Shown here piece by piece: positions 17,692 through 27,629 of a stretch of 64,000 bases of DNA. Source of the DNA: a virus (taxonomy: Duplodnaviria > Caudoviricetes). A program made the translations under genes and the position numbers. The notes beneath the pieces are model-generated. The model was not told where the DNA came from. It searched no databases and worked only from the letters and a program-made list of their open reading frames with translations. Each line of letters opens with the position of its first letter. The stretch's first letter is position 1. The stretch lies in IMG/VR virus record IMGVR_UViG_3300046784_000021, positions 4,794-68,793 of that record; one strand, given 5' to 3'.

Positions 17692-18347
17692 GAGGCGGTG
17701 GTCTCGCGGAGCCGCTGCTGGAACTGCTCCAGCTCGGCACGTTCTTCGTCGCCCAGGTGATTGAGGCGGTCGCGTGCGGCAGCTCGGCGGCGCTCGGTCT
17801 CCGCGGCTTCGGCTTCCGGGTTGCTGCCGTCGCGGCGGGCGGCGTGCGGTGCCCGCTCGGTTCCGCCGGGAGTGCGGCACGGTCGGCCGATGGGGGCGCG
17901 GCAGTTGGGGCACTCGGTGCCGAGTGGGCCGGGCCGCTTCACCGCGGCGACTTCGGGCGGGATTTGGCGTCCGATGCCGGCGACGAGTTCTGCGACGGGG
18001 CGGCGGCGCATGGGCAGGCCCTCGGCTGCGCGTACGCGCTGGGTGCGGATTGCGGCGAGGTAGGCGGTCACGTCGTCCGGGTCGGCGTCGGGGATGTCGG
18101 CCGACAAGCCGGGGCCTTGGTAGTCGGCGGCGGTGTCGGCGCGCATCTTGATGACGGCCTGCCGGATGTCGGCGGGCATGATCCAGCGGGTTTCGGTGGC
18201 GTAGTGGGCGGCGACGGCCTGGCGGGCAGCGTCGTAGTCGATGTCGGCGAGGACTGCCTGCCAGGCGAGGACGTCGGCTTTGCCGACGGTGCGCCGGTCG
18301 AAGGCGGCGCAGAAGCCGAGGAGTTCGGCGGTCTCGGACGGTGTCAC
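17688..18347 (-). CDS. G39P-like helicase loader/inhibitor-domain protein with C-terminal zinc finger
   Basis: VTPSETAELLGFCAAFDRR...AW..VL.DIDYDAARQAV...WIMPADIR; downstream of initiator. Confidence 0.6.
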   Translation of the reverse strand: MTPSETAELLGFCAAFDRRTVGKADVLAWQAVLADIDYDAARQAVAAHYATETRWIMPADIRQAVIKMRADTAADYQGPGLSADIPDADPDDVTAYLAAIRTQRVRAAEGLPMRRRPVAELVAGIGRQIPPEVAAVKRPGPLGTECPNCRAPIGRPCRTPGGTERAPHAARRDGSNPEAEAAETERRRAAARDRLNHLGDEERAELEQFQQRLRETTAS

Positions 18348-19345
18348 TGGTCGTTCCCTTCGAGGGCGCGGAATTCGGCGGCGAGTTGGAGTGCGGCGTT
18401 GACGCGCTGGTCTGTGGTGGAGGGGCGGCGTCCGGCGAGGGGGACGACGTTCTCGGCTCCGGCTGCGACAGGCATCTGGGGTGCGCCGTACTTGATGAGG
18501 TGCTGGTTTCCGTCGGCCATCCACCGCTTCCAGGCCTCGTACCAGTTGCGCTTACGGGTCTGTTCGCCGCGGTGGTGGGAGATGAACTTGCGGGTCTCGT
18601 GGTCGACGTCGACGCGGGGGTAGGTGTTGCGGGCCCAGCTGCGCATCGTGTCGGTGAGCGCGAAGTCGTCGGGGATCTCGGTGAGAGGGGGGCGGCCGTC
18701 AGGCCGTTGGCCGTTGCCGGTGGGGCGGGTGGGGTTGCTGACGGCCTCAGCCCTCTCTTGGTTCATCTGACGGTTAGTGGGTGGTTCAACTGATGGTTTG
18801 GCGGACGTGGACGTCCCCCCGTTTGTGACGTGGACGTCCCCCCGCTGTGACGTCCACGTCCCCCCGTTCGTGACGTCCACGTCCGCCCGGACGTCCACGT
18901 CCGCCCGGACGTCCACGTCCGCCCGCTCGGGGGTCGATTCGGTATCTGACCTGTTCTTTTTCGCTTGGCGTGTGGCGCGGCCCCGCTCGCGGGAGGACAC
19001 CAGCGTCCGGGCGGACGCCCGCGTCCCCTCGTCGTCGCTTGCGCGGCCACCGGGAACGGTGCGTTCCATGGCGAGGTCGTAGACCTCGGGACGCTTGTCG
19101 ACGGGGAGGTGGGCGACCCTTGCCGGGTTGCCGGGCCGGATGAGCTTGAGCTCTTCGAGTTGACGGAGATCCCGGCGAACGGACCGCTCTGACTTGCAGG
19201 CGTACGCGGCGAGCTTGGCCAGGGATGGATATGCCCCCCGCCCCTTGGGGTCGGCGTGGTTCGCCAGCCCGGCCAGCGTGGCGACGAGCTGCGCCGGCAT
19301 GGGTGGCGCGAGCTCGATTGCCCACTTCATGGCATCGGTGCTCAA
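18344..19345 (-). CDS. Replication initiator (N-terminal wHTH), module 1
   Basis: LANHAD...AYPSLAKLAAYACKSERSVRRDLRQLEE; internal iterons. Confidence 0.8.
   Translation of the reverse strand: MSTDAMKWAIELAPPMPAQLVATLAGLANHADPKGRGAYPSLAKLAAYACKSERSVRRDLRQLEELKLIRPGNPARVAHLPVDKRPEVYDLAMERTVPGGRASDDEGTRASARTLVSSRERGRATRQAKKNRSDTESTPERADVDVRADVDVRADVDVTNGGTWTSQRGDVHVTNGGTSTSAKPSVEPPTNRQMNQERAEAVSNPTRPTGNGQRPDGRPPLTEIPDDFALTDTMRSWARNTYPRVDVDHETRKFISHHRGEQTRKRNWYEAWKRWMADGNQHLIKYGAPQMPVAAGAENVVPLAGRRPSTTDQRVNAALQLAAEFRALEGNDQ
18804..18925. repeat. Six 18-bp iterons GACGT(G/C)(G/C)ACGTCC(C/G)CCCG
   Basis: Copies at 18804, 18827, 18849, 18872, 18890, 18908 inside the initiator gene, as in lambda O-type origins. 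Confidence 0.85.
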
Positions 19346-19528
19346 CGGTCCTTCTCTCGGTCGTTCCGATTAGGGCATGACTAATAAACCCCCAGTTCAG
19401 GGTGGCTTTGCCGGGGCGTCTGATGTCTCTGATTCTACCCTGGGGTGTATAGGCACCCGCAATACGCTGGCAGTGCCGGCAGGTCGGCAAGGGTGTATGT
19501 CGACTGAATAGTCAGCTACTCTTTCGGC

Positions 19529-19705
19529 ATGACGACGAAGGGAACGCCCGGCCGCATGATCCGCGTGGACGAAGAGGCGTGGGCGGCGTACGGCGAGGTG
19601 TGCGACGCCAAGGGCCTGTCGCGTGCCGCCGACCTGCGCGTCTACATCAAGCGCGAGATCGCCGCGTACCGGCGCCGACAACGCGCCGAGTCCGCCGACT
19701 CCTGA
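19529..19705 (+). CDS. 58-aa ribbon-helix-helix-like protein (not in ORF track)
   Basis: MTTKGTPGRMIRVDEEAWAAYGEVCDAKGLSRAADLRVYI. Confidence 0.6.
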   Translation: MTTKGTPGRMIRVDEEAWAAYGEVCDAKGLSRAADLRVYIKREIAAYRRRQRAESADS

Positions 19706-19764
19706 CGCGCCGCCGCGGGCGGGCAGCACACAGCCACCCGACCCACGACACCCCAAACGCCCGG

Positions 19765-20307
19765 TCACGCCGCCTCGTCGCTCGCGAGGTAGTCGTACAT
19801 GTCGACACCGAGTCGGCCGCACGCATCGGCTGGACCGGTGGACTCCGGCGCGCGCAGCTTGAGGGCAAGTAGCTTCTTGCAGATCCCGACCGTGATGCGG
19901 TCGGAGGCAATCCGCCCTTGCGCACCCTCCAGGACGCCGACCAGCTCGCCCCACGTCATCTCGACATACAGGGCCTGCTGGTGATACGCCGCACCCGTCT
20001 CCGCGTCCCGGCGAACCACACCCATCACCGCGGACCGCTTGACGATCACGGACTGGTTATTGACTTCCATCGGGGTGCGGACCTTGTCCCACCGCTTGAA
20101 GCGCGAGACGTGCCCCGTGCGCGCGTCGTCGTCAATGACGTACCCGGCCCAGGTCCGGCCGGCCTGTACGGCGTCGACGAGCAGGCGGTGCATGCGGTCA
20201 CCGATCTCGCCGGACGGGCGACGTCGACCGTCCGCGTCGTATCCCGCTTCGTAGAGCAGGGCGTCGTACTCTGCGCGCTCCTCGGTTGAAAGCATCCTGC
20301 GGTCCAT
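19765..20307 (-). CDS. Hypothetical protein
   Basis: Coupled to ParB-like gene; protein-like. Confidence 0.7.
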   Translation of the reverse strand: MDRRMLSTEERAEYDALLYEAGYDADGRRRPSGEIGDRMHRLLVDAVQAGRTWAGYVIDDDARTGHVSRFKRWDKVRTPMEVNNQSVIVKRSAVMGVVRRDAETGAAYHQQALYVEMTWGELVGVLEGAQGRIASDRITVGICKKLLALKLRAPESTGPADACGRLGVDMYDYLASDEAA

Positions 20308-21188
20308 CAGTTCGCCTTTCCGACGACGCGCAGGCCGCGCGGTCGCCTTGCTTCTGCGGCATCGAGCCACGCCATCAGGGAGTCCCGAAGCCGGGTCATC
20401 GCGTCCCAGAGGTCTTCGTCGGCGACGTCTGCGGCTCGGTCGACGTCGAGGAGGGGGAGGCCGTCATTGGTGGCCTTGATCGCCTTCCACATGGCGGAGC
20501 GAAGCCGGGCGTTCTTGATCTCCGGGTCTTCCTCGACGTGTTGCGCGAGGGCGTCGGCCACCTTCGTGTGCGCCCGGTCGACGGCGGCCCCGGTGACCTT
20601 GACCTCCGCGAGCACCTCGCGGGCGATCTCGCGTACGGGCTCAGGCACGGGGATCTCAGCCTTGCCCTGGCGGACCATGCCCCGCTCGGCGGCGTCCCGG
20701 ATCTTGTCGACCTTGTCGAGGGTGCTGCCGGAGTAGCCGGTGCCGACGGCGGCGACCTTGCGGGTGGCACGATCGGCGGGCTTAGCTTCGTCCAAGTTGG
20801 ACGAAGCTTTCGGATGCCCTTTGCCGAATTCCTTACCCGCGTCTGCTTTTCGCTCCTCGGCCTTGGGTGCAAGCACCTGCGCCCGCCGCTCGCGCGCCCT
20901 GCTGGCCTCGTACGGCGTCAGCGGCTTGCGGCAGGTGTTCTCGTCAGCCTCACCGCGCAGGACGTCGGCGGCTGTCGCGAGGTCGACGACTGTCACCGGG
21001 ACCTCGGCCCAGCCAAGTTCGGTGACGGCGGCCAGTCGGCGGCCCCCTGCGACGAGCTCGCCGCTTGCGGTGATGACGACGGGGTGCATGAGGCCGACGG
21101 CGGTTATGGAGTCCGCGAGTTGCCGGATGTCGCCGAGGTCCGAGCGGTCCCGCTCGCCTACCTTGATGTGTTCAATCGGCTTCTTCAT
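20307..21188 (-). CDS. ParB N-terminal-domain protein
   Basis: IRQLADSITAVGLMHPVVI...LVAGGRRLAA...ENTCRKPLTPYE. Confidence 0.85.
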   Translation of the reverse strand: MKKPIEHIKVGERDRSDLGDIRQLADSITAVGLMHPVVITASGELVAGGRRLAAVTELGWAEVPVTVVDLATAADVLRGEADENTCRKPLTPYEASRARERRAQVLAPKAEERKADAGKEFGKGHPKASSNLDEAKPADRATRKVAAVGTGYSGSTLDKVDKIRDAAERGMVRQGKAEIPVPEPVREIAREVLAEVKVTGAAVDRAHTKVADALAQHVEEDPEIKNARLRSAMWKAIKATNDGLPLLDVDRAADVADEDLWDAMTRLRDSLMAWLDAAEARRPRGLRVVGKAN

Positions 21189-21405
21189 CTGGATCCTTTC
21201 TGTTGGCCGGGCAGGTGGCCCGGTGGGTATCGCGGACGGCGGCGGCGAAAGCGGGTACTTGGTCGCCGCTGGCGGAGGCGATCCATCCGCACCGGCCGCA
21301 GCGGTAGTCGGCAGTGGGGAGGCGGAGCCAGGTGCCGGCCGCCCGGGACCGCTGGCCACAGTCGATGTGGAGGCCGGGGAGGTCCGCAGGCGGCCAGCCG
21401 GTCAT
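21172..21405 (-). CDS. Small zinc-finger-like protein
   Basis: YRCGRCGW...HRATCP. Confidence 0.55.
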   Translation of the reverse strand: MTGWPPADLPGLHIDCGQRSRAAGTWLRLPTADYRCGRCGWIASASGDQVPAFAAAVRDTHRATCPANRKDPDEEAD

Positions 21406-21442
21406 GCGACGGCTTGGCGGGTCGGCGGCCGGGCGCGGGCGG

Positions 21443-22069
21443 TCATCTCGCCACCGCAGGTATGACCGTGGGCCAGCGGACGTTGTCCAGCGCGCGGCGC
21501 TGCTCGCGCGGCAGTTCGACCAGTGGGTATCCCAGCCAGTCCAGGCCCATCGCGGCGAGCGTCGCCGCGTCGGAGGCGTCGTACCGGCCGCCGCCCTCGC
21601 ACCAGATGCCGAGCCGCTCAGTGACGAAGGTGTGGACCATGCCCTTCGCGACGCGGGCCCGCTTCTCCTTCGGGTGGTCTTTGGCGGGGAAGGCGTGGCC
21701 GGTGGCGTAGATGGTGCGGGCGTGAGGGGTGGCGACGGCGTAGGGGATGTTCTTGCGCCAGAGGCCGTGGGTGAGGATCCACCAGAGGCCAGCGAGTTCG
21801 TGCTGGCCGGGCAGCATTTTGGAGCCGTAGGAGGGGCCTTCGATGACGACGAGGTCGGCGGCTTTGGCGCGGTCGAGGACTTCGGTGCGGAGCCATTCGA
21901 TGCGGGCGTGGCCCTTGTCGTCGTGTTTCCAGCGGAGGGCGTCGGCGGTGTCGGGGGTGGCGATGCCGAGGCTGGTGAGGCTGCTGTCTATGCCGATGAC
22001 GAGGGGCCGTGGCCCGGCTGCCGTGGTGGCGGCCGGGACGGTCTGGTCGAACAGGGTCGGGGCGGTCAC
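21443..22069 (-). CDS. RuvC-like Holliday junction resolvase
   Basis: VIGIDSSLTSLG, VVIEGPSY, DASDA acidic motifs. Confidence 0.85.
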   Translation of the reverse strand: MTAPTLFDQTVPAATTAAGPRPLVIGIDSSLTSLGIATPDTADALRWKHDDKGHARIEWLRTEVLDRAKAADLVVIEGPSYGSKMLPGQHELAGLWWILTHGLWRKNIPYAVATPHARTIYATGHAFPAKDHPKEKRARVAKGMVHTFVTERLGIWCEGGGRYDASDAATLAAMGLDWLGYPLVELPREQRRALDNVRWPTVIPAVAR

Positions 22070-22520
22070 TGCTCCCCCTTAGCGTTGAGGCCGAGGGCGT
22101 CGAGGAGCTGCTGCTCGTCGGACGGGTCGGTGGCGTGGCGGTGTACGAGGTGGGCGGCTGCGGCCTTCTCGGCCGCGGTGTTGCGGCGGGCGGCGGTGAC
22201 CGCGCGGCGGAGGTGGTCATTGGCCATGGCTGGTCACCGCCTCGGCGGGTCGGGTGGTGGCGCACTGGACGCGGCTGGCGATGTTCGCGTCGGTGGGGTT
22301 GAAGTCGGCCTCGAAGGTGGCGCGTTCCGGGTGCGGGGCGTAGCGGGCGCGCAGGGCCTGGAGGCGGACGGTGACGGCCCACGCGGTGATGGCGGTGACG
22401 ACGAACCCGGCGAGCGCGGTGACAGCGGTGGCGATCACGACGCGGCCTCCCCCGCCTTCGACTGCGCGGGCGGCGTGGGCTTGGGCTTGTCCGGGCGGCG
22501 GTCCTTACAACCGGTCCAGG

Positions 22521-23303
22521 TCATGCGCCACCTGCCTGGATGCGCTCCTGGCCGATACGGAAGAGGAACGCGCCGAGCGGCTCCTCATCGCCGGTCTCGT
22601 TGACGACCCTCGTGTCGTACAGGCCGATCTGCTTGATCTCGTAGTTGATCTGCGCGAGGCGCTGCCGGGACGTGCCGGGTTCCAAAATCTCGTCCCGATA
22701 AGAGGCAGCGGTCCGCGGAGGTGCCTCGCCGCGTTCGATGTTCGACTCGTCGCTGTCCGGCGCGCCCGTGGGTATAAGCCCGCCGACGAGGAGGACGACG
22801 CGCTGCGCGATCGTCTGCGCCTTCGCGGTGCCCTTGTCTGCGTAGTCGAGGGACTCGCCCTCGGACTCCATCTCGAAGAAGTCGCCGCGTGGCCCATACA
22901 CCCGCCACGTCACCTTCGTGGTGGCCTCGCGCATCGGCGTGCCCTTGCCGCTCTTGGCGTCCCGGTGCGCAGGAGTAACACGATGCGGGATGACGGACAC
23001 GCCGTGCTTCAGCGTGATCGGGCCAAAGGCCGCGACGGTGCGCTCGTAGCCACGGAAGTCGTACTTCTTCTTTCCGTTCTCGACGTAGGCGTCGCCCTTG
23101 CCGATGAAGGCGATGTCACGACGGACCCTGAGCCATGCGATGTGGACGGGGATGTCGGCCCAGTCCTCTCCCTCGGCGGGGACATAGCCGGAGAGGTCGG
23201 GCAGGGGCTCGGCTGCGAAGCTGCGAGCATCGCTCTCGGTGTCGGACGGAGCCTGTTCGGCGCGGCCAGCAGCAGCGGCGGCCCGCTCAGCGATCGTGGT
23301 CAT
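22521..23303 (-). CDS. ERF-family single-strand annealing protein
   Basis: IGKGD...YDFRGYE...GESLDYADKGTAKAQT; coupled to YqaJ. Confidence 0.8.
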   Translation of the reverse strand: MTTIAERAAAAAGRAEQAPSDTESDARSFAAEPLPDLSGYVPAEGEDWADIPVHIAWLRVRRDIAFIGKGDAYVENGKKKYDFRGYERTVAAFGPITLKHGVSVIPHRVTPAHRDAKSGKGTPMREATTKVTWRVYGPRGDFFEMESEGESLDYADKGTAKAQTIAQRVVLLVGGLIPTGAPDSDESNIERGEAPPRTAASYRDEILEPGTSRQRLAQINYEIKQIGLYDTRVVNETGDEEPLGAFLFRIGQERIQAGGA

Positions 23304-24349
23304 GCGTTGTGCTCCTCACGGACAGAGCGGGGAATGTTGATCTGGCGGTACGACCGGTCTTCGACGCAGTCGGCGTAGGCGTCGGGCCAGCGCTCGGCGA
23401 GCCGCTTGGTGTCCGTCCACTCCTTGGAGCGTTCGTCGAGGGACACGAAGACCCGGTCCAGCACGGTGGCGGCCTCGGCTCCGGCGAGCCCGGCGAGGAT
23501 CCGGGCCTTCGCTGCCTTCTTCCGCTTCTCGGCGGCCGTCAGGTCGTTGTGGGCGTCGAGGTAGTCGGCGACGGCGTCCTGCGTGTCGACGTCGCGGGTG
23601 ATGTCGACCGTGCCCGCGCGGTCCGGGTGGAGGCGGCCGTACAGGTCGAGGAGGACGTCCGGGTCGGCGTCGTGCGCGAGAACCGGCGGGCGGCGTTCGG
23701 TGATCTGCCGCCAGGCACGGGCCCCGACCTCACGGAGGTCAGTGATCAGATCGGGATGATCGGCTACGCGGACGACGAACTGCCGGTAGTCGTTGCCGCC
23801 GATCCGCACCGCAGCATGAATGTGGTCGAAGCCGCACACGTCGGCCTGCCATAGGGTCTGCGCGAGGACGTCGTCGGCGACGCCCTTGCGGAACTGCCCG
23901 GCCTTCATCTTGTCGCGGCATTTGATCTCGACGGCGCATTTCTCGTGGCCGTCGGCGAGAGGGCATTCGAGGACGCGGCGGTCGAGGGTGCACATCTGCC
24001 AGGGCCGGTCGATGTTGGCGACGAGGCCGACGCGCCAGACGACGGAGCGGTTACGGCGGGCCCACTCGCGGGCGATTCCTTCCTCGTCGATTCGCCCCCA
24101 CAGGGCTGGTTCGGAGTCGTCGCTTTCGAGAGGGAGTCCGCCGGTTTTGTCGTGGTAGACGGAGAGGGCGTTGCCGTGGCGGCTGATGCCGAGGATGGCG
24201 GCGATGTCGGAGGAGCCGATGCCGTCTCGGCGGGCGGTGAGCCACGCTTCGCGGTCGGCGTCGGCGGGGAGGATGAGGCGGCCGGCGGGGGTGACCCGCC
24301 GACCGGCGGCCGGGGCCGTGGTGGCCCCGGCGCGCGCGGTATTCGTCAT
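23300..24349 (-). CDS. YqaJ-like (lambda exonuclease family) nuclease
   Basis: WLTARRDGIGSSDIAAILG...TLDRRV...AVEIKC. Confidence 0.92.
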   Translation of the reverse strand: MTNTARAGATTAPAAGRRVTPAGRLILPADADREAWLTARRDGIGSSDIAAILGISRHGNALSVYHDKTGGLPLESDDSEPALWGRIDEEGIAREWARRNRSVVWRVGLVANIDRPWQMCTLDRRVLECPLADGHEKCAVEIKCRDKMKAGQFRKGVADDVLAQTLWQADVCGFDHIHAAVRIGGNDYRQFVVRVADHPDLITDLREVGARAWRQITERRPPVLAHDADPDVLLDLYGRLHPDRAGTVDITRDVDTQDAVADYLDAHNDLTAAEKRKKAAKARILAGLAGAEAATVLDRVFVSLDERSKEWTDTKRLAERWPDAYADCVEDRSYRQINIPRSVREEHNA

Positions 24350-24816
24350 TCGTCGGCCTCCTCGTCGTACGCGGAGGCGACCGTCAGCGCAGTGACGACG
24401 TAGCCGGTGGGGTACTCCTCCTCGTCGACTGCGGCGACCAGCTCGGCGACGCCGTCCTCCTCGTCCTCGATCCAGTCGAGGGAGACTGAGGGCAGTTCAC
24501 GGCGGACGTGCGTCTCGCAGTGGGCGCGGGCGGCGGCCGGGGTGGTGTAGTGGCCGAGGGGGGTCTGCTCGTGCTCGTACGCGGCGCGGTAGATGACCAG
24601 CTCGGCGGGTTCGCCGTCGGCCGTGTCCTTCTCCGCCTCGTCGGCCATGCGGCGCAGCATCTTGGCGTTGGTGTTCAGATCGCTGCCAGCGTGCTTGGCC
24701 ACCGCATCAGCGGCCTCGCGCAGCACCTCGGCGCGGTGGGCGTCGAGGTACTCGTCCAGCCGGTACGAAGTGCGGCCACTTTCGAAGAGGCGGTGGATGT
24801 CATCCCGGGCGCTCAT
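24346..24816 (-). CDS. Hypothetical protein
   Basis: ATGA coupled; LDAHRAEVLREAAD. Confidence 0.65.
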   Translation of the reverse strand: MSARDDIHRLFESGRTSYRLDEYLDAHRAEVLREAADAVAKHAGSDLNTNAKMLRRMADEAEKDTADGEPAELVIYRAAYEHEQTPLGHYTTPAAARAHCETHVRRELPSVSLDWIEDEEDGVAELVAAVDEEEYPTGYVVTALTVASAYDEEADE

Positions 24817-25175
24817 GCGGCACCTCGTTCCGCGCGAGCCGGGTTGAACCGCGACAGCCCCGCGATCACCGCGTCCAACTCGGCCCGCATCCGCAGCGCG
24901 TCCTCCAGGCTGATCGCGATCTGCGCGGGCGGCATGCACCCCGCTTCCTCGACCGCGTCGACCAGGGAGTCCAGTTCCTCCGGCGACGGATCGCCGCCCG
25001 CCGCGTCGGCGAGGTCCTCCAGGGCGGCGGTGATGTCGTCCGCTCCGCCGGTCTCCCGCCACGCCGCACCAAGGGCCAGAGTCCCGCCGCGGCGGATTGC
25101 GTCGACACGGAGGACGCCAGCGGCCCAGGTGGCATCGAGAGTGAATGAGAGTTGAGGCTTGGTCGATTCGTTCAT
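24813..25175 (-). CDS. Hypothetical protein
   Basis: ATGA coupled, protein-like. Confidence 0.6.
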   Translation of the reverse strand: MNESTKPQLSFTLDATWAAGVLRVDAIRRGGTLALGAAWRETGGADDITAALEDLADAAGGDPSPEELDSLVDAVEEAGCMPPAQIAISLEDALRMRAELDAVIAGLSRFNPARAERGAA

Positions 25176-25354
25176 CGGAATTCCCCCAGGGTGGTGATGT
25201 GAGCGGTGCGGCGGGCGAGCATGCGCGCTTTGATCTGCGCGTTCGTGGGCCGTTCCCAGCGGTGCATGCCGACGGTCGGATGCCACCTGAGACCGTGGTA
25301 GGACTCCTCGTTGCCGCACCGGCTGCAGGAGTACGGGGCTGGGATGCTGGTCAT
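25172..25354 (-). CDS. Small hypothetical protein
   Basis: CSRCG...HG...H; ATGA coupled. Confidence 0.55.
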   Translation of the reverse strand: MTSIPAPYSCSRCGNEESYHGLRWHPTVGMHRWERPTNAQIKARMLARRTAHITTLGEFR

Positions 25355-25741
25355 CGGCGGTCTCCCCGGCGGGAGTCGACGCCCAGCGCGGCCAGCAGCA
25401 AGGCCGCTGCCGCCGCGTCCCAGAACAGGGCGTCCGCCCAGTGCCCGACAGCGACCCCGTACGGGTCGGCCACCTCGACCGCGCCGAGCACGATCCACAC
25501 GGCGAAGCCCACGACCAGAGCGATCAGCAGGGCGATCACGACGCACCGCCCGGCGCGGGATGCGCGACCCCCGGCAGCGGGACGCAGGTGTCGCCGTCCG
25601 CGTCGAGGAAGTGCCGCTGCTCGGCGTGTGGCCCGTCCGTGAGGGGCTGGGCCAGCTGCAACGCGTCCAGGCGGGCGGCGAGCGCATGATCCGCAGCGCT
25701 GTACGGGCTGGGCTCGGCTTCGCGCTCTGACGACAACCCGC

Positions 25742-26014
25742 TCATACCGCACCGCCCAGCGGCTTCCGCACCAGCGGACCGAACCACGCCTCGACCAGCC
25801 GGTCCGTCCACGGGAACGACTCGCCCTCGCCCCGATCCTCCGGGTTCAGCGGCTCGTCGCAGGCCAGCAGCACGTCGCCGTCCACGGTGTGGCCCACGGG
25901 CCGCCACTCTTCGCCGTTGCGGTCCACGAACAGGCTGTCCGACGGGGGAAGGGGAACCGGGATGGTCTGGTCGAACCGGCCGTAGCTGGGAAGATCCGTA
26001 GGCGCGACACTCAT
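25742..26014 (-). CDS. Small phage protein
   Basis: FVDRNGEEW...GESFPWT...VEAWFGPL; ATGA coupled to antirepressor. Confidence 0.65.
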   Translation of the reverse strand: MSVAPTDLPSYGRFDQTIPVPLPPSDSLFVDRNGEEWRPVGHTVDGDVLLACDEPLNPEDRGEGESFPWTDRLVEAWFGPLVRKPLGGAV

Positions 26015-26805
26015 GCCACACCGCCGATCGCAGCGCGCATCTCCGCCTGCCGCTTGCCGATCCGCATCTGCACGAACGCCAGACCACGCGGCGTGACGTG
26101 CAGCGTGTAATGCGCGCACGAACCCCACGTGTGCTCGACGACCTTCTCCACCGCGTTGAAGCAGTCCGCGTGCGCCGCATAAAAGTCGTATTGCGTCGTC
26201 CCGCAAGTCGCCTGACGGCGGTAGACGAGCCTCTCGTCGAGGAGGAAGTGCCGCAGCTGTTTCTCGGTCCAGCCGATGGCCTTCGCCGCCTGCCGTACCA
26301 GCAGGTCGCCGTCCTGCGCGGCCATCAGCGTGTCGTGAGCGAGTGCCTTCGGCTCCAGCTCCTTGATGCGCTCGTCTGCGTCGACCAGCTGCCGGGCCGT
26401 CTCCGTCAACCGCTCGGCCAGTGCGAGGACGCCCTGCGGCGTCGTCAGATCCGGCAACGCGGGCGCGGCAGGGGCCACCGAGTACGAGCCGGTCCGGCGA
26501 ATCGCTGGGATCACTTCGTGGGTGACCCAGCGGCGGAACGGCTTCACCTTCGGCGAGCGACTGATGAGCATCAGGCCGTACACGCCCGACTCGTTCACCA
26601 GGAGCATGTTCTGTCGGCCGCCGGGGGTGTCCACGACGGCGGACGCCCTTTCGTCCTTGTCGAGCTGGGCGATGGCGTCGCGGTACTTGCTGATGCCGAC
26701 GGCGTCGCATGCGTCGCGGCCGACGAACCAGGGTTCGCCGTCGATCGTCACCGTCCGGACCGGCTGGCCGGTCTCCGGGAAGGTGAATGGGATGATGGTC
26801 TTCAA
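26011..26805 (-). CDS. Antirepressor (BRO-N + ANT-C)
   Basis: VRTVTIDGEPWFVGRDAC, VNESGVYGLMLISR, FRRWVTHEVIPAIRRTGSY, VTPRGL. Confidence 0.93.
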   Translation of the reverse strand: MKTIIPFTFPETGQPVRTVTIDGEPWFVGRDACDAVGISKYRDAIAQLDKDERASAVVDTPGGRQNMLLVNESGVYGLMLISRSPKVKPFRRWVTHEVIPAIRRTGSYSVAPAAPALPDLTTPQGVLALAERLTETARQLVDADERIKELEPKALAHDTLMAAQDGDLLVRQAAKAIGWTEKQLRHFLLDERLVYRRQATCGTTQYDFYAAHADCFNAVEKVVEHTWGSCAHYTLHVTPRGLAFVQMRIGKRQAEMRAAIGGVA

Positions 26806-26889
26806 GGTGTTCCACTTCCTTCTGTGTTTTCAGTGGGGTGCCGGGGGTCGCCTCTGCCTGGCAGTAAGGGGCGGCCCCGACTTCGTTTC

Positions 26890-27243
26890 TCAGGCGGCGG
26901 CGAGTGTCGACATCCGGCGGCGGCGCAGCCGGGCGGCGCTCGGTCGCGGCTTCTTGCGGGTGGTGGCCGCGTCGAGGGCGATCTGCGCGATGACGGCGAG
27001 CTCGGACTCGCTGAACATCAGCTGGTTGGCCATGTAGCGGCCGGGGAACTTCCGGCCCTTGCTGCCGTCCTCGGGGCGGTTGAAGCCGTCGCGCAGCCAC
27101 TTCTCGCCCTTCTTGCCGTCCGCCTCGGGCTCGCGGAGTCCAAGGCGGACGGCGGCCTGAGAGACGTTGTAGAAGCGCTCCAGGACGGGTTCACCCCGGG
27201 TCGTCCCCCGGGTGCTGGTGGGCGGTGTCTTCGTGGTGGCCAT
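26890..27243 (-). CDS. Excisionase-like HTH protein
   Basis: ERFYNVSQAAVRLGL...LMFSESEL; second gene after Cro-like. Confidence 0.6.
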   Translation of the reverse strand: MATTKTPPTSTRGTTRGEPVLERFYNVSQAAVRLGLREPEADGKKGEKWLRDGFNRPEDGSKGRKFPGRYMANQLMFSESELAVIAQIALDAATTRKKPRPSAARLRRRRMSTLAAA

Positions 27244-27496
27244 CGGTGTCCTTTCCGTGCTGGTCCTCGGGTGAGGTGAGGAGTTGGCGGTCGCGGGGCT
27301 TGATGCGTAGAGCGGCGCGTAGTCCCGCGTAGGTGGGGGGCCGCATGTGGCGTTTGAGGCCGAGTTCGATCTGCGCCAGGTAGGGGCGGGAGATCGAGGC
27401 GGCTTCGGCGCACGTGTTTTGAGTCATGCCGAGCTCCATACGGCGTCTGCGTATGGCGTCACCGTCCACCTGGAAGGTGGCTGGGGGTCTCTCCAT
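27191..27496 (-). CDS. Cro-like XRE HTH protein
   Basis: IRRRRMELGMTQNTCAEAASISRPYLAQIELG. Confidence 0.85.
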   Translation of the reverse strand: MERPPATFQVDGDAIRRRRMELGMTQNTCAEAASISRPYLAQIELGLKRHMRPPTYAGLRAALRIKPRDRQLLTSPEDQHGKDTDGHHEDTAHQHPGDDPG

Positions 27497-27629
27497 GGGG
27501 AGACACTAGCGCAGGTTTCTAGAGGTTTCTAGAGGAGTCGAGAGATTACTTCTCGTGGTCTACAGATAGCTCTAGATACTCCTAGGGATGTCACATTAAG
27601 AAGGGGACACCTTCGGATCAAAAAATGAT
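27497..27629. promoter_or_regulatory. Immunity switch region with CTAG repeats
   Basis: AT-richer divergent intergenic region; CTAG at 27506, 27519, 27529, 27572, 27582. Confidence 0.7.

Noticed and set aside
18804-18925. Possible CRISPR or mini-array
   Set aside because: Repeats are adjacent or 4-5 bp apart with no unique spacers, lie inside a coding gene, and no cas genes are present; iterons fit better
20307-21188. ParABS plasmid-prophage partition system
   Set aside because: No ParA gene or parS array seen and an integrase is present; lone ParB-like genes are common in actinophages
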